Part shown: in pieces, positions 1-10,222 of the stretch
Layout of the letters: the number at the start of each line of letters is the position of its first letter
How positions within the stretch are numbered: position 1 is the stretch's first letter
Virus record (IMG/VR): IMGVR_UViG_3300031612_000002
Span: 1-64,000 of that record
Reading direction: 5' to 3' (one strand)
Length of the DNA stretch: 64,000 bases
From: an uncultured virus (IMG/VR IMGVR_UViG_3300031612_000002)
Lineage: Duplodnaviria; Heunggongvirae; Uroviricota; Caudoviricetes
Notes under the pieces: model-generated
Told to the model about the DNA's origin: nothing
The model's database searches: none
What the model saw: only the letters and a program-made list of their open reading frames with translations
Position numbers and translations under genes: made by a program

Positions 1-560
1 AGCGAACGCAGCATTGGTATCAGCAAAGGCATATGCAGATCAAGCAGAAGCAGATGCAGAATCAGCAGCAAGTTCTGATGCAACTACTAAAGCAAATAAT
101 GCAAAGTCACAAGCAATCTCAGCAGCAAGTTCTGATGCAACTACTAAAGCAAATAATGCAAAGTCACAAGCAATCTCAGCAGCAGCAAGTGATGCGACTA
201 CCAAAGCGAACGCAGCATTGGTATCAGCAAAGGCATATGCAGATCAAGCAGAAGCAGATGCAGAATCAGCAGCAAGTTCTGATGCAACTACTAAAGCAAA
301 TAATGCAAAGTCACAAGCAATCTCAGCAGCAGCAGCAGACGCAACTAGTAAAGCAAACGCAGCAAGAGCAGGTGCAGTTGCAGACGTAACTAATGGCGCA
401 GGCGCAGCATTTAATACGCTTAAAGAAATCCAAGATGCAATGGCAACTGATTCAGAACTAAGTTCAGCAATCGCAAGTGTTACATCATCAGCGGCTTCTA
501 CGGCAGCAGCAGATGCGACTACTAAAGCAAACGCAGCATTGGCATCAGCAAAGGTTTATG
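1..560 (+). repeat. Coding tandem repeats in tail fibre 1 (57-nt unit inside a 204-nt duplication)
   Basis: agcagcaagttctgatgc occurs at 64 and 121 (57 nt apart); agcgaacgcagcattggtatcagc occurs at 1 and 205. Confidence 0.9.
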
Positions 561-1729
561 CAGATGCACAGGACACCAATACTCATCGCGCAATTTCAAA
601 TAGCGTAACATCAACAAGCACATCTGTATCTGCATCATCAGCAGCAGTTAAAGCGGCTTATGACAGGTCTTGGCCTAACACTACTTATTCAGTAGGCGAT
701 GGTGGTCTTTCACAGATCAACTTTACATCAACAGATCATACTAAGTTAAACGGCATTGAGTCAGGTGCAACAGCAGATCAAACTTCGGCACAATTATTAG
801 CATCTCTTAAAACAGTTGATAGTAACGGTACTGCTGGATTGAACGCTGGAACAGTAGATGGATTGACATTGAATGGTACAACTAACAATGCTGCCAACAA
901 AGTCGTTCGCACAGATGCCAATGGTTACGCTAACTTCGGTTGGATTAACACTGCATCGGGCGCAAGTACATCAGCACCAGCTCGTATATATGCATCAAAT
1001 GATTCTTATTTGAGATATATGACGCCAGCTTCATTGGCTCCTTATATCTTGAATCAAGGATCAACTAAGAACTCACATACTCACGCATATTTGCCAACGA
1101 GTGGTGGTAATGTATCTAACAATATCACATTCGGTTCAAACTACGGACACGGTGTAACTGGATTATATTCAGCTACTAAATTCCAACAAGTTTATAGTAT
1201 GGGCGCAGCGTATACATTAGATGATAATGGTGTAGCGCCAGGCAATTTCTACGGAATAGCATGGACTCATTCTAATAACACAAACGCAAACGGACGCAAG
1301 ATCGGAGGTCATCACGCAGCATATATGTCTGCTGGTACTACTCGTTCTGCAATTGGTGATAGTATCTGGACTTCAGGTAACGTTACTGCATACTCAGACG
1401 AACGTGTTAAGGAAAATCTTGAGATAATTCCAGATGCATTGGACAAAGTATGTCAACTAAATGGTTATACGTATGATAGAACAGACCTTACTCCGGCAAC
1501 ACCGGAAGAAGTGCCTACTGTATACGCACATAATCCTACTGACAGACATGTCGGTGTTATTGCACAGGAAGTACTAAAAGTATTACCTGAAGCAGTTACT
1601 GGTGGACCAAATAGCACACCTGGATCAGAAGATGATCATTACTCGGTGGCTTACGGAAATATCGTAGCACTATTAATTGAAGCAGTCAAGGAATTGAAAG
1701 CAGAAATTGATGTATTGAAAAGTAAGTAA
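1..1729 (+). CDS. Tail fibre protein, 5'-truncated by the window edge, with C-terminal peptidase S74 intramolecular chaperone domain
   Basis: Ala-rich coiled-coil repeats (SSDATTKANNAKSQAISAA). C-terminal motifs GNVTAYSDERVKENL, GVIAQEV and SVAYGNIVALLIEAVKEL are typical of S74 chaperones. The repeats run to base 1, so the true start is upstream. Confidence 0.9.
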   Translation, partial: ANAALVSAKAYADQAEADAESAASSDATTKANNAKSQAISAASSDATTKANNAKSQAISAAASDATTKANAALVSAKAYADQAEADAESAASSDATTKANNAKSQAISAAAADATSKANAARAGAVADVTNGAGAAFNTLKEIQDAMATDSELSSAIASVTSSAASTAAADATTKANAALASAKVYADAQDTNTHRAISNSVTSTSTSVSASSAAVKAAYDRSWPNTTYSVGDGGLSQINFTSTDHTKLNGIESGATADQTSAQLLASLKTVDSNGTAGLNAGTVDGLTLNGTTNNAANKVVRTDANGYANFGWINTASGASTSAPARIYASNDSYLRYMTPASLAPYILNQGSTKNSHTHAYLPTSGGNVSNNITFGSNYGHGVTGLYSATKFQQVYSMGAAYTLDDNGVAPGNFYGIAWTHSNNTNANGRKIGGHHAAYMSAGTTRSAIGDSIWTSGNVTAYSDERVKENLEIIPDALDKVCQLNGYTYDRTDLTPATPEEVPTVYAHNPTDRHVGVIAQEVLKVLPEAVTGGPNSTPGSEDDHYSVAYGNIVALLIEAVKELKAEIDVLKSK

Positions 1730-1730
1730 A

Positions 1731-1760
1731 TTATAAAACACTTATAAAACACTTATAAAA
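1731..1760 (+). repeat. Short 11-nt tandem repeat (ttataaaacac, about 2.7 copies)
   Basis: ttataaaacacttataaaacacttataaaa lies directly after the stop codon. Confidence 0.85.
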
Positions 1761-1784
1761 GACTCCTTCGGGGGTCTTTTTTTT
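1757..1784 (+). terminator. Rho-independent terminator
   Basis: aaaagactcc-ttcg-ggggtctttttttt: stem, UUCG loop and U-tract. Confidence 0.9.
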
Positions 1785-1830
1785 GCTCTAAATAAAGGTA
1801 ACATATTAACTATGTATATAATTTAAAAAA

Positions 1831-1838
1831 GATAAATA
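1831..1838 (+). promoter_or_regulatory. T4-late-like promoter (gATAAATA)
   Basis: Resembles the T4 gp55 late element TATAAATA, lies upstream of tail fibre 2, and recurs before most structural genes. Confidence 0.65.
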
Positions 1839-1909
1839 CTAACAGTAAACAACATTCATATAGGGACAGACTAGATGTCCCATGGTAGTAAATATAAGGG
1901 AGATATAAA

Positions 1910-4900
1910 GTGGCTTTTAAAGTAGGTAATCAAACAGTAATAGATATAGACATAGGTGGTGGAACAAGAGTTGAATCTGCACTAGATAAGGATCTTGTAT
2001 TATATCCAGGCGATGGTGGAGAAATATATATTCCTGCTAACACCTCTCTTACATTTGAAGGTTCATCTCCTCCTGATGATTTTGAGGGGAGATTAAAAGC
2101 GACTACATTGACTGCCGATAGAGAGTATACGTTACCAGATCATTTGTACGAAGTATCAGGTGGTGGTGAATCGCAGGGTATGATAGCAGTACTTGATGTC
2201 ACTTTATTCCCAAGAGGTGATATTGCAACGTATGTAGATGATCTCATCGCGGCAACAACAACTGCATATATCGATGCAGATGAACTACAAACTACAGAAC
2301 TACAAGGTTATACAGATCAAGCAGAACTTGATGCAATCGCATCATCAAACTTGTATACAGATGGTCGTGAAACAGCAATAACCACGGCGTACCAATCGTA
2401 TACAGATCAAGCAGAACTTGATGCAATCGCATCATCAAACTTGTATACAGATGGTCGTGAAACAGCAATAACCACGGCGTACCAATTGTACGCAGACGAC
2501 GCAGACGTGGTTGTCACAGATGCATATGTCGCAGCAGACGTGGTTGTCACAGATGCATATATCGCAGCAGATACCGTTGTCACAGATGCATATATCGCAG
2601 CAGATACCGTTGTCACAGATGCATATATCGCAGCAGATGAACTACAAACTACAGCACTACAAGGTTATACGGATGTTGCAGAAGCAGATGCAATCAATGC
2701 ATCAAACTCATATACAGATGGTCGTGAGACAGCAATAACAACCGCGTACCAATCATATGCAGATACCGCAGAAGCAGATGCAATCAATGCATCAAACTCA
2801 TATACAGATGGTCGTGAGACAGCAATAACAACCGCGTACCAATCATATGCAGATACCGCAGAAGCAGATGCAATCACATCATCAAATTCATATACAGATG
2901 GTCGTGAAACAGCAATAACAACAGCGTACCAATCATATACAGATACAGCAGAAGCAGATGCAATCACATCATCAAATTCATATACAGATGGTCGTGAAAC
3001 AGCAATAACAACAGCGTACCAATCATATGCAGATCAAGCAGAAGCAGATGCAATCACATCATCAAATTCATATACAGATGGTCGTGAAACGGCAATAACA
3101 ACTGCTTATCAATCATATGCAGATATCTCAGAAGCAGATGCAATCAATGCATCAACCGCATACACTGATGGAAAGACAACAAAGGCATATATAGATTCAT
3201 TAAATATACAATCAGCAAGTGTTGATGCAAACAGTGTTGCATTAGGAACAGATACCACTGGTAATTATATTGCTACCGTAGCAGGAACAGTTAATGAAAT
3301 AGTCGTAACGGGAAGTGGCAGTGAAACTTCAGCAGTTACAGTAGGTCTCGCTACCGATGTAAATATAACAAACGATTTGACGGTTGGTGGAGATTTATTT
3401 GTTACCGGATCTACTGTCAGTGTTGGTTCAGCAAACTTGAGTGTTGATGATAGTTTTATTTACTTGAATCAAGGTGATGCAATTGGTGCAGCAAACACTA
3501 TATTCACTGGTGCTGGATTAGACGATGGTGTTCTTGGGGGGTACTTTGAAGGTACCACCTCAGTCACTTATTACGTACGAATAGATGCCAATAGTACTCC
3601 AGATACATTTGAATGGTCAAAGGATAACTTTGCAACAACAGTAGCAACGGGTATTGCGATCGACGGAACAGATCAAGCACTGGACAATAACATTACAATT
3701 AAGTTCTCTGCTACCACTGGTCACACAATTGGCGATGTTTGGAGTGGACTCGCTGCTCCGATAGCCATTGACAGTGGTATTTTTAGTAACATTAACACTG
3801 GCACATCAGCGCCGGGATACACTCACATTGGTGTATTTTATGATGCAAGTGCATTGACATGGAAAGTGTTTAGTGAATATGATCCAGAACCAAATGGTGA
3901 TATTAACACGGGAGATGCAAGTTTTGTATTAGGAAAAATGGAAGCAGATTGCTTCATTGCAAATGATGTTGATATCAACGGTCCTATAACAAATGCTAAT
4001 CATGCAACACATAAAGCATATGTAGATGCAGCAGAAGCAGTTGCAATTGCAACAGCAGCATTGGATGCGACCACTAAAGCAAACACAGCAGAATCTAATG
4101 CGAACTCGTATACAGATGGTCGTGAAACAGCAATTACAACAGCGTACCAATCATATGCAGATACCGCAGAAGCAGATGCAATTGCAACTGCAAGTTTAGA
4201 TGCGACTACAAAGGCAAACACAGCAGAATCTAATGCGAACTCGTATACAGATGGTCGTGAAACAGCAATAACAACAGCGTACCAATCATATGCAGACACC
4301 GCAGAAGCAGATGCAATTTCGGCAGCAGCATTAGATGCAACTAGTAAAGCAGATGCAGCGTTGTCTTCGGCATTGGCAGCAGACACTGATACGACTTATT
4401 TGGTAGGTGATGGTGGTTTAACTGAAAAGAACTTCACTACAGCAGATAATACTAAGTTAGATGGCATCGCAACGAGTGCCAATAATTATGTTCACCCGTC
4501 AAGTCACGCTATCTCGTTTATCACGGGATTGCAAACAGCATTAAATGCCAAAGTAGACGACAGTCAAGTATTGACTAATGTACCATCTGGCGCTTTATTC
4601 ACTGACACTACCTACTCAGTAGGTAATGGTGGTTTAACTCAAGTAAACTTCACTACAGCAGATAATACTAAGTTAGATGGCATCGCAACGAGTGCCAACA
4701 ATTATGTTCACCCTTCAAGTCACCCTATCTCGTTTATCACGGGATTGCAAACATCGTTAAATGGCAAGGTAGATGATAGTCAGGTATTGACTAATGTACC
4801 AGCGGCAGCAGTATTTACTGATACGACTTATTCTGTAGGTGATGGTGGTCTTTCGCAGATTAACTTTACTTCAGCAGATCACAGCAAGTTAAACGGCATT

Positions 4901-5857
4901 GAAACTGGTGCAACCGCAGATCAATCTGCGTCACAGATACTTGCTGCTATTAAGACTGTTGACATAAATGGCACAGGAGGTATCAATGCTGGTACTTTAG
5001 GAGGTGCGTTACCTAGTCAGGATCAATCTAATAGTACCATCGTAGAGAGAAGTGCCAGTGGTTACATATACGCTAACTTCTATAACGGCACAGGTACGTT
5101 TAGTACTAGTGGTACATCTAGTGGAATGGGTCTGTTCACTGGAACAAACGGAACTGATACTTTTGGTAGAAGTTACACAGCAGCAGGAGCAAGAACTCTA
5201 TTAAACGTAGAGAACGGTGCTACAGCAGACCAATCAGCAGCACAGATATTGACAGCAGTTAAAACAGTAGATGGTTCAGGTTCAGGCTTAGATGCTGACT
5301 TACTTGATGGTTTACAAGGTTCACAGTATTTAAGAAGTGATACGGCTGATAGTATTTCAGGAAACTTGACGGTAGGAGCAGGTACTTCTTCTTATATATT
5401 CATGGTCGACACCGATCACGGTAATAGGGCAATACACTGTAATTCTAACAACATTGGGTTTTTAAACTCTGCTAATGCCTGGTCGGCATATAGTACTGAC
5501 GCTGGTTTGTGGCATTGTGCCAATGGTTTAACGGTTACTGGAAGTATTGTGGCATCGGGCGATGTGACTGCATATTCCGATATTAGATTTAAGCATAATG
5601 TGGAAACAATCACTAACGCAGTAGACACTGTTAATAATCTCAGAGGTGTTATGTTTGAGAAGGACAATAGACAAAGTACTGGTGTTATTGCACAAGAAGT
5701 TGAATCAGTGTTCCCAGAAGTAGTTCATACAAATGACGAAGGATTGAAGTCAGTAGCATATGGCAACATGGTTGGATTATTAATTGAAGCAGTTAAAGAG
5801 CAACAATTACAAATAAACTCACTACAAGAAGAGATAAATATATTAAAGAAAGGATAA
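1910..5857 (+). CDS. Long tail fibre protein with C-terminal peptidase S74 chaperone
   Basis: GTG start after GGGAG; coiled-coil repeats; GSGLDADLLDG motif; GDVTAYSDIRFKHN, GVIAQEVE and SVAYGNMVGLLIEAVKE at the C-terminus. Confidence 0.9.
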   Translation: MAFKVGNQTVIDIDIGGGTRVESALDKDLVLYPGDGGEIYIPANTSLTFEGSSPPDDFEGRLKATTLTADREYTLPDHLYEVSGGGESQGMIAVLDVTLFPRGDIATYVDDLIAATTTAYIDADELQTTELQGYTDQAELDAIASSNLYTDGRETAITTAYQSYTDQAELDAIASSNLYTDGRETAITTAYQLYADDADVVVTDAYVAADVVVTDAYIAADTVVTDAYIAADTVVTDAYIAADELQTTALQGYTDVAEADAINASNSYTDGRETAITTAYQSYADTAEADAINASNSYTDGRETAITTAYQSYADTAEADAITSSNSYTDGRETAITTAYQSYTDTAEADAITSSNSYTDGRETAITTAYQSYADQAEADAITSSNSYTDGRETAITTAYQSYADISEADAINASTAYTDGKTTKAYIDSLNIQSASVDANSVALGTDTTGNYIATVAGTVNEIVVTGSGSETSAVTVGLATDVNITNDLTVGGDLFVTGSTVSVGSANLSVDDSFIYLNQGDAIGAANTIFTGAGLDDGVLGGYFEGTTSVTYYVRIDANSTPDTFEWSKDNFATTVATGIAIDGTDQALDNNITIKFSATTGHTIGDVWSGLAAPIAIDSGIFSNINTGTSAPGYTHIGVFYDASALTWKVFSEYDPEPNGDINTGDASFVLGKMEADCFIANDVDINGPITNANHATHKAYVDAAEAVAIATAALDATTKANTAESNANSYTDGRETAITTAYQSYADTAEADAIATASLDATTKANTAESNANSYTDGRETAITTAYQSYADTAEADAISAAALDATSKADAALSSALAADTDTTYLVGDGGLTEKNFTTADNTKLDGIATSANNYVHPSSHAISFITGLQTALNAKVDDSQVLTNVPSGALFTDTTYSVGNGGLTQVNFTTADNTKLDGIATSANNYVHPSSHPISFITGLQTSLNGKVDDSQVLTNVPAAAVFTDTTYSVGDGGLSQINFTSADHSKLNGIETGATADQSASQILAAIKTVDINGTGGINAGTLGGALPSQDQSNSTIVERSASGYIYANFYNGTGTFSTSGTSSGMGLFTGTNGTDTFGRSYTAAGARTLLNVENGATADQSAAQILTAVKTVDGSGSGLDADLLDGLQGSQYLRSDTADSISGNLTVGAGTSSYIFMVDTDHGNRAIHCNSNNIGFLNSANAWSAYSTDAGLWHCANGLTVTGSIVASGDVTAYSDIRFKHNVETITNAVDTVNNLRGVMFEKDNRQSTGVIAQEVESVFPEVVHTNDEGLKSVAYGNMVGLLIEAVKEQQLQINSLQEEINILKKG
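2300..3150 (+). repeat. Coding tandem repeats: 90-nt (30 aa, YTDGRETAITTAYQSYADTAEADAI...) and 33-nt (11 aa, VVTDAYIAADT) units
   Basis: About 7 near-identical 90-nt copies and about 4 33-nt copies are visible in both DNA and translation. Confidence 0.9.
4060..4960 (+). repeat. Coding duplications in tail fibre 2 (135-nt and 216-nt units)
   Basis: The DATTKANTAESNANSY block is repeated 135 nt apart; acttcactacagcagataatactaag occurs at 4431 and 4647. Confidence 0.85.
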
Positions 5858-5906
5858 TATGGTTATTGACATAGTATTAAAACTATGTTAAACTATATTA
5901 TATAAA

Positions 5907-5914
5907 GATAAATA
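5907..5914 (+). promoter_or_regulatory. T4-late-like promoter (gATAAATA)
   Basis: Motif lies upstream of the 61-aa gene, which has an AGGAG RBS. Confidence 0.6.
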
Positions 5915-5958
5915 TATAAAGCAGATACTAGTTATCAGCAAAAAAAGGAGAATAACTC

Positions 5959-6144
5959 ATGGCATTACCAGCAACAGGTGTAACCATTACAATGGGCACA
6001 GTACGTAACTATTTCGGATTATCTGGAACAGTATCATTGTCACAACTAGGTGCATTTATTTCGCCAAGTGTAACATCAAATATATCATTGTCAGCAACCT
6101 TCGGTGGTTGGCAGAACCCTAATGCGGGTGGTACGTCACCGTAA
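5959..6144 (+). CDS. Small Ser/Thr/Gly-rich tail-fibre-associated protein
   Basis: AGGAG RBS; the MALPATG.. N-terminus resembles small fibre-tip/adhesin proteins encoded after tail fibres. Confidence 0.6.
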   Translation: MALPATGVTITMGTVRNYFGLSGTVSLSQLGAFISPSVTSNISLSATFGGWQNPNAGGTSP

Positions 6145-6156
6145 CCATCTAGCATC

Positions 6157-6183
6157 AGCATGAGGATTAATAGTCCTCATGCT
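6157..6183 (+). terminator. Stable intergenic hairpin (terminator or processing/stabilising stem)
   Basis: agcatgaggatt-aat-agtcctcatgct inverted repeat, without a long U-tract. Confidence 0.55.
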
Positions 6184-6239
6184 ACTTATCACACATAAAT
6201 TTACTAAAATTTTGTAAACTCAACATGGAGAAAACAACT

Positions 6240-6659
6240 ATGAGTACAGGCATCCGCACCAGATTTGAAGTGGAAACATTTCTATTAGGATCACACCCTA
6301 CCCCAGCACGCCAAGCACAGGCATTGACAGTAGAATTATCAGCAGCAACGCAAAGTGGTCATCCTGATCAAGCAGTATTGCAAGCGGTATATGATGATTT
6401 TTCTGCAAAGCACGATGTTACTGCATTACTTGAAAACATTGAAGATTCCGAAGAGGAATATTGGATTCAACGTCTTGCTAAATTAGCAGCAATTGATATC
6501 CTTACTATCGGTAAAGTACAACCAGAGCATATGAATTATATGGTATCATTAAATGATACCGCATTTGCTGCATGTGTAAAGACAACAGCAACATTGGCAA
6601 AGACTTTGAATGAAGAATTCAAGACTGTTGAAGCCGAACTTGATGCTGGTATGATCTAA
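6240..6659 (+). CDS. Hypothetical helical protein
   Basis: Intact ORF; the ATG at 6240 follows GGAG and is preferred over the track start at 6225. Confidence 0.7.
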   Translation: MSTGIRTRFEVETFLLGSHPTPARQAQALTVELSAATQSGHPDQAVLQAVYDDFSAKHDVTALLENIEDSEEEYWIQRLAKLAAIDILTIGKVQPEHMNYMVSLNDTAFAACVKTTATLAKTLNEEFKTVEAELDAGMI

Positions 6660-6664
6660 CAACT

Positions 6665-7315
6665 ATGGTAAGTATACCCAAATTTTACTACAAAGAAAAT
6701 CTTAACGCAAAAGTAGCAATTTGTATTCCAGTTCGTGATTTAGTCACTTCCGCATTTACACATAGTCTTGCTATGTTAACTAATAAATGCGGGCGAGATA
6801 ATAAGTCAATTACGATTCATATGAATATAGGAAGCGAAGTTGCAATGCAACGACAAGAACTTGTTAACACTGCATTAGATACAGATTGTACACATATTTT
6901 ATGGCTTGACAGCGATATGATATTCCCTACAGTTATTATTGAAGCACTAATGTCGCATGATAAAGATATTATGGCGTGTAATTATAGCACACGTGTACCA
7001 CCACATCGCCCAGTCGCATTTAAGACATTTGGTGATTTAGATAAGAGAGTATTCAGTCAAACGGGCATAGAAACCGTAGATGCTGTCGGAATGGGTGCAA
7101 TGTTAGTAAAAAGATCGGTATACGAAACTATACAAAAACCTCATTTCGGAGTAGAATGGAATAATGATTATACTAGCCTAATAGGCGAAGATATGTTTTT
7201 CTGTAAAAAAGCAGCAGATAATGGCTACGAAGTGTGGGTTGACAATGATATCAGTATGCAAATAAGTCATGTTGGTACAACCGCATTTACAATAAAAGGC
7301 AATTGCAATGATTAA
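6665..7315 (+). CDS. Glycosyltransferase, GT-A fold (GT2-like)
   Basis: VAICIP N-terminal strand, HILWLDSD (DxD motif), VGMGAMLV, GEDMFFC and late H motif (ISHVG). Confidence 0.85.
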   Translation: MVSIPKFYYKENLNAKVAICIPVRDLVTSAFTHSLAMLTNKCGRDNKSITIHMNIGSEVAMQRQELVNTALDTDCTHILWLDSDMIFPTVIIEALMSHDKDIMACNYSTRVPPHRPVAFKTFGDLDKRVFSQTGIETVDAVGMGAMLVKRSVYETIQKPHFGVEWNNDYTSLIGEDMFFCKKAADNGYEVWVDNDISMQISHVGTTAFTIKGNCND

Positions 7316-8402
7316 TTTAACACAATCAACATTGTTTGATTTTAAAGGTCAGACAATTATTTCGCCTTGGGACAGATTAAAAAAACATGTATTCCAATCA
7401 TATCCAGTTCACGTAACACCTAGCACCAATGACACCGAAGATTTGTTATTAATTGCACGTGAATATGAAAACATCAGTGATATGATTTGGATAGTAGATG
7501 ATTCTAAAAATATTAATCCAGACTTCCCTTGGCACTATAAACCGAGTGACATCGCACACGATTTCATTCACTTTTTCCCTAGAATAGTAAGACGAACAGG
7601 TCGTGATACTACTTGGGGTGATATAAAATTAGTACCCACTTCTGGCATTGCACATGGTGTATTGAACAATAAAATTGTTTGTTCATATCATGATGCTGAT
7701 TTTGCAGTAGTTATGATTAGTTTCCATGAAGCAGAAGCAGACCAGAATTATCAGAAATTGAAGCAAGTATTCCCAGATGCACTACATGTAAAAAATGTAG
7801 AAGGTATTGCGAATGCACATAAAGAAGCAGCATCTATATGTAACACTGAAATGGTCTATATTGTAGACGCAGACGCAGATATACATTCAACTTTCAAATT
7901 TGATTATATACCACCTATGAGCAAGCGTAAGAATACTACGTATGTATGGTCGGCACTTAATCCTATCAATGATTTGGAGTATGGTTATGGTGCAGTTAAG
8001 TTATTCCCTCGTGAACAACTAATAGAGATGGGTCATGATTTGCCAGATTTCTCACAAGGTGTATCATTTTATCAACCAGTATCAGATGTATCTAATACTA
8101 CAATGTTTAATAAAGATCCGTTCAGAACTTGGCGTTCAGCATTTCGTGAATGTGTTAAATTGGCATCTAATGTTAGTGAAAACCCACGAGTTAATGAAGA
8201 GGCAAGTAGTCGCTTAGAGACTTGGTGTACAGTAGATAATGGCGCACGTTTTGGACGTTATTGTGTTAAAGGTGCATTAGAAGGAAAGGCGTACGGTATC
8301 GAACATAAAGATAACGTAGAATTGTTACACAAAATCAATGATTTTGAATGGTTGCGTGAGCAATTTATCGCAAGTATGAAAAAACGAATCAGCGCAGATT
8401 AA
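7308..8402 (+). CDS. Glycosyltransferase-like protein (GT-A fold, partly duplicated domain)
   Basis: VKNVEGIANAHKEAA then VYIVDADA (DxD); a degenerate N-terminal copy reads MIWIVDD. Overlaps the GT2 gene. Confidence 0.65.
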   Translation: MINLTQSTLFDFKGQTIISPWDRLKKHVFQSYPVHVTPSTNDTEDLLLIAREYENISDMIWIVDDSKNINPDFPWHYKPSDIAHDFIHFFPRIVRRTGRDTTWGDIKLVPTSGIAHGVLNNKIVCSYHDADFAVVMISFHEAEADQNYQKLKQVFPDALHVKNVEGIANAHKEAASICNTEMVYIVDADADIHSTFKFDYIPPMSKRKNTTYVWSALNPINDLEYGYGAVKLFPREQLIEMGHDLPDFSQGVSFYQPVSDVSNTTMFNKDPFRTWRSAFRECVKLASNVSENPRVNEEASSRLETWCTVDNGARFGRYCVKGALEGKAYGIEHKDNVELLHKINDFEWLREQFIASMKKRISAD

Positions 8403-8857
8403 AGCGTATCTAACCAATTAGAACCATTCATTGAACTAGTTTCGTGTATGGTTCTAATTTTCTTTACAATCTCTTTATTATATAATTGTGCTTTAGTTCC
8501 TGGATGCAAAGGACGTGGCCAGTTACCTATCTTAACCCAGCAAAACCCATCACTTTCATTATTGAGTTGTGGAATAAATTCTTCAAATACTGCAACTGCG
8601 AATGTATTATATTCAAACCTATTGTCAGGTGATATAAATTTATGCAGTGGGTATATCTTTTCAACATCGGGTAACATTCCGACCTCTTCTTCAAGTTCAC
8701 GAAGTAATGTTTCCAATGGACGCTCACCTACCTCTCCCTTGCCTCCGAAGAAGCCCCAAGTACGAGGATGACTAGATTTCTCACTACGCTGTTGTAGTAA
8801 TACTCTACCAGTATCGATACTTAAAAATATACAGCCACTCGCGTTTAATTTATCCAT
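8399..8857 (-). CDS. NUDIX hydrolase
   Basis: Nudix box GGKGEVGERPLETLLRELEEEVG; likely start MDKLNASG at 8857. Confidence 0.9.
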   Translation of the reverse strand: MDKLNASGCIFLSIDTGRVLLQQRSEKSSHPRTWGFFGGKGEVGERPLETLLRELEEEVGMLPDVEKIYPLHKFISPDNRFEYNTFAVAVFEEFIPQLNNESDGFCWVKIGNWPRPLHPGTKAQLYNKEIVKKIRTIHETSSMNGSNWLDTL

Positions 8858-8864
8858 AGATTGG

Positions 8865-10220
8865 TTACATATAAAGCCGCCAGAACCCAGCGTTATATAT
8901 CCCTTCATGGCTATTAATCCATTCTGATCCTGTCCATTCTAATTGGTCATCGGATAAGATATTTTCTACATATTGTTGAGTAGTCACAGCACTATGGTCA
9001 AATGATACTGTCCATATTGAGCCATTGTATTCAATGATGTCATTGGTATACGCATTTAACCCAGCCCATTCGCCACCATTCGGGATATCATTCGTAATAA
9101 TATATCTAGTGCCGATAACGGCAGCATCTACCGAACCATCGCCTGGATAATTCTGTAATGGGTTTAAAACACCATTAACCGCAGTCAATGTATTCGTGGG
9201 CAGAGTGCTAGTGTCTACATCTACATTTAACGCATTTACATTGCCTGTATTAAAACTAAGTCTACCAATAATATCATTATCTGTGTCGTTAGGTGCATTT
9301 GATTTTCTTATACGCATCTGACTAATACCTTCTCGTAATTCACCGAAGGGAGTCAAGAATTTAGACCAATCAAGTTGAGCGCCATTTTCATCTAGATTAG
9401 TACCAGAATCATTAAACAAGTATGCTATGTCATTTTCAAATTTAATTTTCATATCATCCAATGTAACAGTTATATATTGCAGCGATGATGTGTCAAATGG
9501 TTCCTTTGCATCAAATGCATCTAAATTGACATCATCTAAATTATATAATTGGTTGATTACGGTATAAATCAATTTTTGCTGTTTTAATTTGGCAGGGGGA
9601 TTAATAAATATCGGCATTTCAAACGTGAGTGTACTAACATCAATAATATCATCGACACTTGCGCCTACACTACGACTCGACCATTGCGAACTTTTCATTT
9701 CTACATAAGCAAGACTTGACCAATCAAGTGGATTGTCCGTTGTGTGGATATTTAATGTAGGATTGAATAATACCATAATTTGCTCAAGCAATTGCAATTT
9801 CTGATCTGTGTTTGAAGTCCAGATGTCGCAATTCATAGTTAAGTTATATGGAACTGGCATATGACGTTCAACCGTATATCGATTTCCGACCTCGTTCGTG
9901 TATTCGCCAGTTGTATCATCTATTGCTTTTTCATAAACTTGTACTTTGTCTACATGTCCTTGGTGCATCCTACGTTCTGGAGCCATTTCAAGTGCCGTAA
10001 CATAACAAGATATGAATGGAACAGTGTTTATTATATTTTCACTGTTTTCGCGAGTAATATGCGCAGCCATGCGATTTGTGTCGCCATAGCGAACTGGTAC
10101 AGTTTGGTAGATGGGCATCTTTTGGTCATTGACTCCCATTTGTACATCAAATCCACCAAACAATCTGATGAACTGTTGTATATATCGACGAACTTGTCTA
10201 TCATAAAAATATTGTGCCAT
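8865..10220 (-). CDS. Tail sheath stabiliser / tail terminator (T4 gp15-like) with C-terminal extension
   Basis: YFYDRQVRRYIQQF, VPVRYGD, PVPYNLTMNCDIW and QLLEQIMVLFNP match the gp15 family pattern. Confidence 0.8.
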   Translation of the reverse strand: MAQYFYDRQVRRYIQQFIRLFGGFDVQMGVNDQKMPIYQTVPVRYGDTNRMAAHITRENSENIINTVPFISCYVTALEMAPERRMHQGHVDKVQVYEKAIDDTTGEYTNEVGNRYTVERHMPVPYNLTMNCDIWTSNTDQKLQLLEQIMVLFNPTLNIHTTDNPLDWSSLAYVEMKSSQWSSRSVGASVDDIIDVSTLTFEMPIFINPPAKLKQQKLIYTVINQLYNLDDVNLDAFDAKEPFDTSSLQYITVTLDDMKIKFENDIAYLFNDSGTNLDENGAQLDWSKFLTPFGELREGISQMRIRKSNAPNDTDNDIIGRLSFNTGNVNALNVDVDTSTLPTNTLTAVNGVLNPLQNYPGDGSVDAAVIGTRYIITNDIPNGGEWAGLNAYTNDIIEYNGSIWTVSFDHSAVTTQQYVENILSDDQLEWTGSEWINSHEGIYNAGFWRLYM

Positions 10221-10222
10221 AA

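Noticed and set aside
33..4386. Gln/Met-rich alternate-frame ORFs and antisense ORFs over the tail fibres
   Set aside because: These are shadows of the repetitive GCA/ACA-rich coding frame and have no RBS or promoter.
1..4960. Regularly spaced repeats resembling a CRISPR array
   Set aside because: All units are multiples of 3, lie in frame within tail fibre genes and have no unique spacers.
1..6200. Diversity-generating retroelement or invertase acting on the fibres
   Set aside because: No reverse transcriptase, recombinase or adenine-variable template/variable repeat pair was seen in the window.
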